Below the pieces are notes generated by a model. It was not told the origin of the DNA, made no database searches, and saw nothing but the letters and a program-made list of their open reading frames with translations. The position numbers were made by a program, and so were the translations under genes. DNA of 64,000 nucleotides from Haplodiscus bocki (taxonomy: Eukaryota). The stretch covers positions 32,240,001 through 32,304,000 of the forward strand of contig OZ296656.1 of NCBI GenBank assembly GCA_965655095.1, given 5' to 3'. Shown here in pieces: positions 53,767-64,000 of the stretch (positions within the stretch are counted from its first letter, which is position 1; the number at the start of each line of letters is the position of its first letter).

Positions 53767-53976
53767 TCATCCCTTGTACGAATAACTCTTTTTGCCTTGT
53801 CTAGGGTCCTCTTCCGCCGCAATTACTTCGGTCCAGGTGTCATTGCAAACGATTTGGGAGCTGTTGGCTGAAAGATAATCACAATTCCTCATATCGACGT
53901 CGAATGATATCAGACAGGCGATCACCATGATTATCGTGATGCCAAGAGCGATGATGATCACTGCTACTCGCTTCAT
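53767..53976 (-). CDS. Small ORF with an N-terminal transmembrane/signal anchor (69 aa)
   Basis: MKR, then a ~20-residue hydrophobic stretch, two downstream Cys, N-glycosylation sequons NSS and NDT, and AATAAA ~150 bp downstream. Confidence 0.5.
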   Translation of the reverse strand: MKRVAVIIIALGITIIMVIACLISFDVDMRNCDYLSANSSQIVCNDTWTEVIAAEEDPRQGKKSYSYKG

Positions 53977-56900
53977 GATGACGTCAGACAGTCAGCGGGA
54001 AAATTCCACAGAAGAAAATCCCGATTAGCTACGTAATTTAATATTCGTATGCTATTTTAATATTTGTATTCCAATTAACTATTTGAATTCGGTTGAGCTA
54101 ATGGGAAGTTCTCAATAAGGATAATTTGGATGTATGAGGTTTTCGAACAAAGCTGGATCGTTGTAAGCACTCAATAGCTTTGAAAGAGCATGGGCACCCC
54201 GATAAATGAGTTTTTAATCTTGCTTTACCTAAAAGGTGAAAGCAATTGCTTCAATAGGTTGAGCTCGGTAATTTGACTTGTTGTTGAAATGAAAGGGATT
54301 GTCGAAAGAAGAAAACATTACAGTTCATTTTCGTTTGAGCCAAAAATTTGCCTTTTTGTAAAAAGAAATGGTTGTTCTAATCATATGTTCAGTTATATAG
54401 CGTCAGAAAACTGCTGTGCAACCAAGGGTCTTTTTCGTTTTTTCCAAAAACGTTTTTACCAAACATAAATAAGGAGTTAGAATTGTGCAAATAATGTATA
54501 ATGAAACTAGATGTAAAACGGATAATTAGTAAGATAGAAGTGAATAGGCCGGTACCGTAAATTTATTTTTCATTGAAGAGTAAATGAGATGAATTGTTAC
54601 AAAATTGGATTGTAGACCATTGAGTTGATTTATTGATAGGTAATAACGAAAGATTACAATTGAGGTGAAATAAAGCGTGTGTCATTGTTTTTTTTCGTTT
54701 CTTGTCACGCTTCAAAATATAATTCGAATGATAAAACGGTTGCGTACATTTAAAGCAACTTCGATGAAATTTTTCGCCGTTCTCGAAAGACAGTAAAACA
54801 AGATTAAGTAAGATAATATGGTAAATTCGTGTCTTGCAGGCAATGCATCCATTTGCTTATTTTAATGTTTCCGAAATACCGAAAAACGTCAATAATTCAA
54901 TGCATTGTAATGAGTTTATAAAGAGTGAAGAAACAAAAAGCAATGCCGTCGGAATTTAACGACTCGGGCTGAGCTTTTGTTTGATTTCATTAGCATTTAA
55001 TGCCTACCACGAAATAGCACCTCGCTATTTTCGTGCCTGCAGTATCAAGACTATACTATATTCCGTCACACCGCACTATACAAGCAATCTACGTGTGAAA
55101 AAAAAGACACGACATGGTACCAACAGGATTTCAAATTCAATACCCACCATATCCCTGTTTTAAGAGGTAAAACAGAAGGGGAGGTAGCAGTTGGAGCTGT
55201 TGTAATAGTGGGCTGGGAGAATTATAATGTTGATGATGTTGCTTCTGATAACCAAGACATTTTTCCTCACCACCTTAACATAGCAGTACATACTTAAAGC
55301 CAAGACTGAAGCTAAGTAAGTCGGCAAGGCAGGCTAGGGGAGGGGTTAGATAACGTATAATATTTCACTTACCTGCCTGAAGATTCCAAGGAAATGGAAA
55401 TATTTTTACTTCGGAACAGATAACGGCATGAAAGGGATTACAAAGACACCGGCGCACCGATAGAATGCTTATTACCGTGAGGTGCAGACATCAAAATTAA
55501 CTAGAGCAGCAGTTTATTAGAGATACGGAAAAATCTTAACTAGCTTTATTTGATTTCAGAGCCCTTCCCCATATGCCAACCCTTTCATGGTTTCTTATGT
55601 CTAACTACATTCTAGGAAATTTGAGACTGAACAATTTTCTTTGAAAATGACGAAATCACCAGTAACGCAGTTAGTATTATCGACATTTTCAATTAGGGAA
55701 GCTGATAAAAGCTGAAAAAAAAGAATCTCTTCAATTTCCAAAGAGAAAGAAAGAATGCTTTCTAGGCTTGCATCCGGATAAAAATACCCATGATTGGTAC
55801 TAATTCTAGGAGTCCTCTTAGACGTTCTCTGCGGACGCATTTACAGTCTTTTTATCATTTTTTTCCAATGGAACTTGGTGCGATCGAATAATTTCTGCGG
55901 TGCCTTAAATCCGGTTAGCACAGTGTGGGACCTTATTTCAATTATCCTTAGTTCTTCTTATTAAGTGCTTCAAGACGCAGAAATTAATGCATTTTTTGTG
56001 AACGAACAGGATATTGAGGAATTTTTTTGACGTTGCACTGGGCTTTGTTCATCATTTTTTTAATTTTCGAAAACTTTGGTAAAAACTACCCCGACAAAAA
56101 ACGCGAAAAATCGAATTTCTAGTCTAATTGAAACAACAAAAACTTCAAACATTTTAGATTTTTGAGTAATTTTTCTGAACGCTTTGAAATATACAGCGAT
56201 CTGCACCCTCAACTTCATTAAGCAATCGCTCGGCAAAAAGGGAAAAACCAAATAGTCGATTCAATGATTTTTATTTCCAAACATGATCTTATTTCTGAAT
56301 GGATCAGAGACACTCTATGGGGATCAGGATAAATTTCGTCCCGCTCTTTTTTTTAGATCTAGGCTTACGAACAACTAATGCCGGCAACAACCCATATAAA
56401 GAGACAACAAATATTAACTGAAAAAGCGACAACTTAAATAATCCTATTCAGGCTGGAAGTCTTAGGAGGGCTTTGCTCCAAATTAATGACCTCTTCGTTA
56501 CGTCTAATGCAATTTTGTCTGGTCTTGAATGAGATCAGAGTCCTTCCGCTTGAGTTGTGGAAAAGTGAGTTGATAAGGTAAGGAGTGAAGGCCCCCTATG
56601 TTTTAAGATAGACTAGACCGAGACGACTCGAGCCCAAATCCAAGAAGGATGTAGCTGAGAGCCCTCGGATGTTTCTGGTTGACGTAATGTTCGATTGTGA
56701 TTGGCTGACGAATTTTTAAGGTCTTTGGTGGTCGTTTCTTGTTGGCTACAGACAACTTCTCGCTTTGGGCAAAAGCGGACGCCATTTTAATAAGATAGGA
56801 ATTGATATTCGTCAATGTATTAGTATGAGCAATGAGTTTTTGCAATGTAAAAAGATATGAAGTCGCGTTTAATGCCTCATTTTCACCACTCTGAGACAAA

Positions 56901-57253
56901 TTGGGTTGCCTTGAGTCATTGTAGAAACACAGGTAATGTATTCATGTGGCCAATGTTGATTGCTTAGGGTTTAATGAGGCCACTTTTTAGTAGTATTATG
57001 TGAGCAGATGTAGGGGAGATGAGTTCCATCAACGAGATTTGAACTTTCGTGGAAGAATCAACAACTTTTTCTGGGAAGCCAGGCGGATGTCTTTTTACGC
57101 TTGCGAATAACTTAGTGCGCCTGCGGGTTTTTCAGTGCGGATGCGGCTACTGCTAAAGGTTGGTGCCACGAAAAAAGATTGATAAGAAATTTAAAAAACT
57201 CAACCATGGTGTTTAGAGATGAACAAACAGAACACAATACAATACTTTTATAC

Positions 57254-60200
57254 TTATGAGTTCAGATGTTGATTGTCAATTTCATCACTTTCAATCTTTT
57301 TTTTTCTGTATAAAAATACGACAGTCCTCTTTTGAACTTTTCAGATTAACTAACGGCAATTTTCATCGTGCGGAAACCGGAAACCGACAACCTCTGTTTG
57401 TTGACTGAATACTTCTTTTTTTGTCTAGGCCACACTGGTGTTATTGCTGCGGTCCGTCAGCACTCTGTTATAGTTCACGTTTATGGAGACCTTTAGTATG
57501 TTAAACTTGCTTGGTGTAACATCATAGCAGAAGTACGTATTGTTACATCAATACATTGTCAACAGCTGAACCCTTGAGCTGAACACCGGGTTCTCGCTCA
57601 TCGTGACTTTTGTGTTTGGGACAACACGTTCGCGAGAAAAAAGTTCCGACTGGAGCAGCATTGAAATTATCATTGCGTTCCTTTAATCGTGTTTACTCCA
57701 ATTCAGATTTCATTTCAAGTTGGATACATTTTCCGGTCCCTTTTTGGCAATAACAAGATTCAGAGAACCAGTGTCCGTTTCGAATTTTTCCAACTTATGA
57801 ACGTCACAAAAATTGGTGGGAAAGTTGCAATAGAGTTCCAACATTTAGAGTGTTGCTTATTAAGAAAGCTGACAATGATCGGTTTATTGTGCTCAATCTG
57901 TGCTTTGGCGGGCTTAACTTCAATAATTGAACAGTTTACATGATCTAACTTTTTGAACAGCCAAAAATAGTAACAACATGTGTTTTTTGATCTTTGAGGT
58001 ACTTCATCTCAGTGTATCGGCTGCGATATATGACCTGACGAACATAGGGAGTATTCGATAGCAACTTCATTGTCTCTGCGACGACAATTGGACTAAGACT
58101 TTTGTCACTCTGTCTTCTCGCATCAATCCATCAATCGCTGTCTGTCCAAAATAGTGAAAACATATGTTTGGCGGGTTTTAACGAGATGGTGTAATTTTTT
58201 ATCAACCAGGTTCACTTCAAGATTTAAAAAAGACAAAAACATGGACCAGTGTACTGTTTTGTATCGTGAACCTCAAATTTAACCTTTTCCTAGGTTGAGA
58301 CAATATTCGTTGCTCTTCGTTATTGTATTGCATTAGCTCACCTAAATTGTTCTGACTAAACGAAGCGTTCTTGAAGATTGGATGGAAGTTAGCAATTTTA
58401 ACTGTCATTTTCGTAGGTACTTAACTGTCGCATTGAACATAGCCGTACACTCTTACGTTCTATGTTTCTTCCAATAGACGGTTAGTTGTAACTGAACGTC
58501 TGTAAGGGAAATTTTTCGCGAGACAAAGAACTGTTTAAAGTCGACACCTCTCACATTCCCACATTTCAATGACAGTGAAAGCTCTTTTTCCTGTAGGTAG
58601 CGTTTGAATTCATCAAGCTCTTTGTTCTTACTGCCACGGTTGTTGTGTTCTCCAGTTATAGATGAATGTACTTCTTGCCGGTGACAGTAGCGGTAAAACC
58701 AAAACAATGCTTCATACACAGTGTTAATATGTTAACAAAACCCGTCAACACAGAAGCAATCAATTTCCCCTGTCTCAATGTTATATAGAATCTTGATTTT
58801 CTTAATCGGCTCTTGTTTGTTGAAAATAACACATGACCGTTTTTTAAAAGTTCATCTCTTGTTCTACGGCACTGTGAATATACTGACCTCTGAACCGATA
58901 TCTCACAACGCATAGCGTCTGGCCGGCGAGTTTTGTCTCATAGCGCATCGTTTTAGTTGGCTAGCATGAACCCCAACTATCGATTTGCATTTCTTTTTGT
59001 TTTTCGAAAGAACGGTGTCATCAACAACAACTTTACGTGTATAAATGATAAATCGACCAGCAACAGACTCTCAATTTTTTCTCATCAGACCTTTTCCTGT
59101 TTCCGCGATGCGATAGCACTTCGACTCTGAATGTTTGTGCAGACGGATTTGGGCCAAATGTGGTAATGTACAAAGCAGTTTTGACATATCGATAATATTG
59201 TTGTCGTAGGACACAATTTTTTTGAAATTCTTTCGGAGTTGGAACCACATTTTTTCTCTATGAGCGCAAAAATTCTTTGAATGAACTCATGCGTTTACGC
59301 TTCCATATTTCTTTCAGATTTTGATAGTTCTCAACCCCTAGTATGCTGACGACTTGATAGTTCCAATCAGAAGACGGCATTTTCTGTGATAATTCTACTA
59401 ATTTTACGTAAAAAAACAAATTTCATTGTGTTCGGCTCCAACAAGAGTACAGCTCTGAAGTTTACTGTGGCAGGCGTCATACGGGAAATGTTCTAGTTCT
59501 GCATTTTGTCGGGATATTGGAACCAGTCAAACTGGGAAATTTTATTGGTATGTGAAATTTCGGTCATCTTGAAGAAGAACCACGACTTCTTGGTCCGCCA
59601 AAAAACTCACTGTGCACAGGAGTTGAATTTTAACAGACTAAAATGAGACCAACTGGTTTGCATCTTTGATAACAGTAGGTTCAATATTTGTGTCACTAAC
59701 GAGGAACTGTAGTAAATAGGAATAGTTCCAAAAGAGACCATTATATGCACTGTCGAAACCAAACACAGGTGAAAACAACATACCGACAACGTGCAATTAT
59801 TTCTTGTAAGCCAAATTATTGTTTTCTTGTGTATGTAAAAACTAAGTAGGAGCACAATCCTTGTGAGCACACTCAACTCGACTGATGCTTTTCACTTGCT
59901 CCAGTACATTATGAAGTGGATTGTGTTTCTACAAGATGAAGCCCAGATTAAGCTTCAACTTTGTTTCATTACCTACGGTTAATTTCCCAAGTGGTCCTTT
60001 GTTTTTGGAAACCAAGTTTTCAAGTGTTGCTTTTCAGAACGTAGCAAGCCGACGATGATCAAAGTTGCAAAGGAAAGTCGTTTTATTCACAAGATTTGAA
60101 GAAATGTACATTTATTTTGTAACTTGTTTTTCTGTCCAGTTTGTTGTCTCAATTTCCTTGAACTTCTACTCTTGTGTGCACGAAGATTTCTTAAAAAAGC

Positions 60201-61500
60201 TAGGTATTCGGAAAATGTCTGCGTTTTCGAAAAAAAATATTTTGAAAATGGCTGAGCTGGTCACACCGAGTTCCTCGGATTTGATGTACATTCCAGAGAT
60301 AGACATTCTTTAACCGTTGATTGCATGTCGGTGAATATCGTAACAAAATGGGTGTTATGGTTTAAAAAATTGTATTAAAATTAGGGCAGCAAAAAGATTG
60401 CACAACAGCATTAAAAAGACTGACGTATTTTACATGGTTGTTTTATCTTAATACTCCCACAGTGTTTCCGTACTTATGCACACTTCGTTCAGCAAGTTCT
60501 CCAATAACGTTCTTATCCACAAAATTCATATCGTTAAGCAAAACTACTGAGTGTTGGCAGATCTTCAACAACTGAAAAATTGGACTCCTTAAAGCCGATT
60601 GAGTATTGATTCATCCATTCTATTCACCTTGAAAAAATTGATTTTGGAACTGTTTTCTTCAAATTTTTACTGTTGGTGCCAATGGTCACCAAAAGCGCCA
60701 AAAAAACAAAAACTTTCGTTATCTAGATGTCTTATGTTCTTGTCAAGCGTCAAGCAGTTGAATGTTCGTCTTTGACTGAAGCAGCAAATGCGGTAGATTT
60801 AGTCAAGTTGTTGAATAACCACTTTGTGTTAATGCTTTCTCCAGCACAAAACTCAATAACGTCAGTTTTTTGGCGCAATTCTCTGGCTTTGCGAAGTCAT
60901 CCTTAGCATACCTAAGTTTCAAGCGATCCATTTTGGTGATTTTTTCCGTGCGCGTGTAAGTATTTGAAACTTCCGTTTTTTTATAATTCCTCAGACGAAA
61001 TCAAATATTACAAACTAAACTTGCTGCACACTTCAGAATGGAAAAACAGCTTCTCGTGGACTCGAGTTCCTCGTCCACTGCTTGTGCGAGGAGTTTTTCC
61101 AATATCTAACTTTGTTCAACATTTGGTGTGTCGCTTTCTAGGTTCAGTCTACGAAAAACTAATGACATGAACGAAGCTCTTGTGTGAGGTTTGCATCATA
61201 AAATTTGTTGAAGATGTAGTCAAGATCAACTTTTGATGTTTTGATAGAAAAACCATACTGAGTAATTTTTCTTGTTGTAAAACAATAAGACCTGGAAGGC
61301 ACCACCAGCTCGTGGAGCGCCGTTTTTTTTACCATAAGAGATTTACAGTCAATCTTGGCGGTTAGTGAGAAATTGAGACATACGCCGCAGCACGGGCTTC
61401 CAACAAACCGTCTTTCTTCGTGTTGTTCAATGTTCTTTTTTATAAAATGCGTTCCATAAAGTTCACAAATGACTTTCTTAACTGATGTTGAGACTGGGCC
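57254..61500 (-). pseudogene. Protein-primed family B DNA polymerase (Polinton pPolB)
   Basis: Colinear motifs across frameshifts: PVFGFDSA (exo II-like), DWFQYPDKMQN, IVGVHASQL (Pol I, ~58960), ANFHPIFKN, ETMKLLSNTPY (KxxxNSxYG, ~58055), ETDTGSL (YxDTDS, ~57770), REPG and TYFCYD. Confidence 0.9.
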
Positions 61501-61624
61501 TTTCGTTATTAAATGAAATTAGTTAAGTCGGAAAAGAGGGTAAGTGTAGTGCAACTTGACTATAGCTTGGCATAAGAGACTGACGGTTAACTTGTAGTAA
61601 GTGGTACTCATTAAATTTTACCAC

Positions 61625-61715
61625 ACAAGGGAAGACCATAAAAAAAGACTGATTCACAAAACCATAGCAGGGAAAACTGATTCATAACACCATAGAAGGA
61701 GAAGTCAATCATTCC
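61625..61715 (+). repeat. ~30-bp imperfect tandem repeats upstream of pPolB
   Basis: accata..a(a/g)actgattca units, about 3 copies, in the intergenic gap between divergent genes. Confidence 0.45.
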
Positions 61716-62299
61716 TTTACTATTCAAAACCAACATCTGGTCTTGAAGAAATGCTTAGTAAAAAACGTTTTGACTCCTCAAGTAGGGATGTTTTGTTCGA
61801 GAAAAAGTTTCAGGCCTATCAAACCTCCTGGTAACGTGACAGGGTGTCTGAGTAAAAAGACAAAACGAACAATCTTCCTTGATGTCAAGACAACGTGTCT
61901 CAGAAGTTTGAATATGTGTATTAAAACCGCCTAAAGCTTCAGTTTCTGAATTAGAGTAATGGCATTCTTTCGGTGACGCTCCCTTCCGGAATTGATTCTT
62001 TCTCAAATGCCAATTAAGCCCATAAAAACAAGATATTTCCTGAAGAGATTGACATATTTGTTGCAGAGGTCAAAACTTCCAATCACAGATTCAGAGAGTC
62101 ATTGACGTAAGTTCCTGCCTGACAGCAACATCAAAAACCTAGTTTGTTTTTCGAATATTCTAACACGTAGACCGCTGCATGCCAATTTTTCAGCAAGAAA
62201 GTTTTATTCAGACCTGATTGGTTGAAATTAAAAGAATTTTGATACTGAGTTCACTGGAAATCAAACTCCGCCTTCAATTTACCGCTACACCGCGAGTCA

Positions 62300-62960
62300 A
62301 TATCATGTCATTCCGCAAAAGATGTTAGATTACGAACACTTAATGTTCTTTGAAAAACATATTCACAATTTGAGCAAATTTTATTCAATTTTCGAAGAAA
62401 CAGCTGAACGTCTTTTAGACAAAATGGACGCAGATAAAAGTTTTCATCACAATCTTTGCGAAAATTCACAGTCTCATTACTGGATAGTCGCAGTGTGCAG
62501 AGTTTCCAAGAAAAAAACAATAGCAATCAAATTGTGCCGGACTTGCGACTTGAAATTTCTGCTATGATTTGATCTCAAAGAGAAAAATTCTCAAATTAAA
62601 AATCTTTGCCGTCCTACTAGACAAAATGCTTGAGTTTCTGAAATATTGCAATCAGGCAGAATATTCATAAAAAACGTTCTTTTTACTGCAAACTAGGGTT
62701 TACATTAAATTTAGATTATTAAAAGATTACCCAATTGCGCAACGCACTGTTAAAAAGACTTTCGGGACATTCCAACAGCCAAATTAATAAATCCTTTTGT
62801 TTTCAACAAAACACCAAGTGTATCTTTCCCATCAAGAGTTCCGACTTTTTGCCTGTTGTTGAAATTATTAGTTTTAACAATCGGGGAAACAATTCCAACA
62901 AGAACCGCAATCTTGTTTAATATACAAATGTGGATTTTGTGAAATTACCATGGATGACTA
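62300..62960 (+). pseudogene. Polinton accessory gene remnant, function unknown
   Basis: Protein-like ORF pieces 62322-62567 (SIFEETAERLLDKMDADKSFH..HYWIVAVCR) and 62735-62920, divergent from pPolB. Confidence 0.5.
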
Positions 62961-64000
62961 AAGAAGTCACAACAAGAGTGGAATTATTTTACGAGTATTG
63001 CTCCTAGGAAAGCCGCAAAAGAGAAAACTGCCAGTGTTTGACGGTAATGTAACTACTAAAACAACCAGTTTTTTAGAAGTGTGGATTTTGGTTGTTTCTT
63101 CACCAAGTAATTTTTAGGATACAGGAGCACGTAAAAAATTAAGAACAGATATAAGAAGCTTTTTTCGCAAAAGTTAGGATATCACTTGATAAGCAAAGGT
63201 TCTTCAATATCCCAAACAAATGGACAGAGAGTACAAAGAAAAAACAGAAAATATTGTGTGCTCAAAAAGGTACCAGATATCAATGGAGATTTGTATGGTA
63301 AGATTAAAAACGAAAAAGCCTTTGCATTCTAAGCAATGAATCTCTCAAAAACAACTATCACGACTCCAAAAATGCAAATCAAGATGTCAGCAGCATGAAA
63401 GCTCAAATAAGGAACACAAAGTGACAATTAACTCATTTGATGGAGATGGCACACGATTTTGGCAAGAAAACATGTGCCGGAACAACCACGAAGAGAAACC
63501 TTCCCCTATTTTCAAAACTATTCTTCACCCAGCAAAACCTACTACGCTCAAAACTGACCCGCATACGCCTAAGCCAATCCACCTATAGCATAAAGTTGTT
63601 GAGTTTCCATTGGTCGATGAAATGAGCTGGAATTTCAATTTATACAAATTCAACATTTTGTGTTCTCTGCTGTAAATGAAAAAATCTAGTAGACTCTCAA
63701 GTCTTGTCCGCGTTATGTCACACTAGCTGTGAAAAATCTTGTCCAAGGTAAAACAAGAACGACCCAAAATTGTCATCAGCTGGCTAGGATTTTAATTTTG
63801 TCGTAAAACCAAAAGTATTTAGACAATCAGTTGGCCCGAATTCCATTTTTTTCAGCCTTCAAAAACTATTGGAAATCAAAGAAGATCAATCTAGTCTTGA
63901 AGCGCAGGAGATGGATACCAATGGTTATTACTTGTAATAGTTTAGCTACAGCTCATCAAAGTAGTTTTGCGAAGAACTTGAATCAAAATCTGACGAGACG

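Larger units (their letters stand above)
55282..64000. mobile_element. Decayed Polinton/Maverick (adintovirus-like) element, running off the window
   Basis: Degenerate terminus agcagtacatac (AGTAGT-like) at 55282; pPolB pseudogene and divergently oriented accessory ORF remnants. The left boundary is inferred. Confidence 0.75.

Noticed and set aside
55860-56330. Polinton cysteine protease remnant (FPFLPSDC)
   Set aside because: The catalytic His/Cys motifs are not traceable

Overview
AT-rich, repeat-dense eukaryotic (invertebrate-like) DNA. Most ORFs in the track are fragments of decayed mobile elements or spurious. Host genes appear limited to an LDL-receptor class A repeat exon (92-509, -), a probable two-exon Ser/Thr-rich gene (48388-43350, -) and a small membrane-peptide ORF (53767-53976, -). 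Recognisable mobile DNA: (1) a decayed but near full-length L1/Tx1-type LINE (~3600-8590, +); (2) a ~14-kb palindrome (18328-32326) with Polinton/Maverick-style AGTAGT termini, whose arms are strongly diverged except for a ~3-kb near-identical tract; (3) an LTR element (33937-42548, -) with 2-3-kb LTRs ending TATCG...CGATA, a PBS, a gag-like ORF and, instead of pol, an unknown long ORF that seems to recur in a second decayed element (11977-15033); (4) Gypsy gag and integrase remnants; (5) a decayed Polinton/Maverick with a ~4.2-kb protein-primed DNA polymerase B pseudogene (55282 to window end); (6) several MITE-like repeats, each built on a different short palindromic motif. The best candidates for something undescribed are the palindromic snap-back Polinton-like element, the pol-less gag+ORF-X LTR family, and conversion-like tracts that begin exactly at indel junctions. 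All identities and alignments were estimated by eye.
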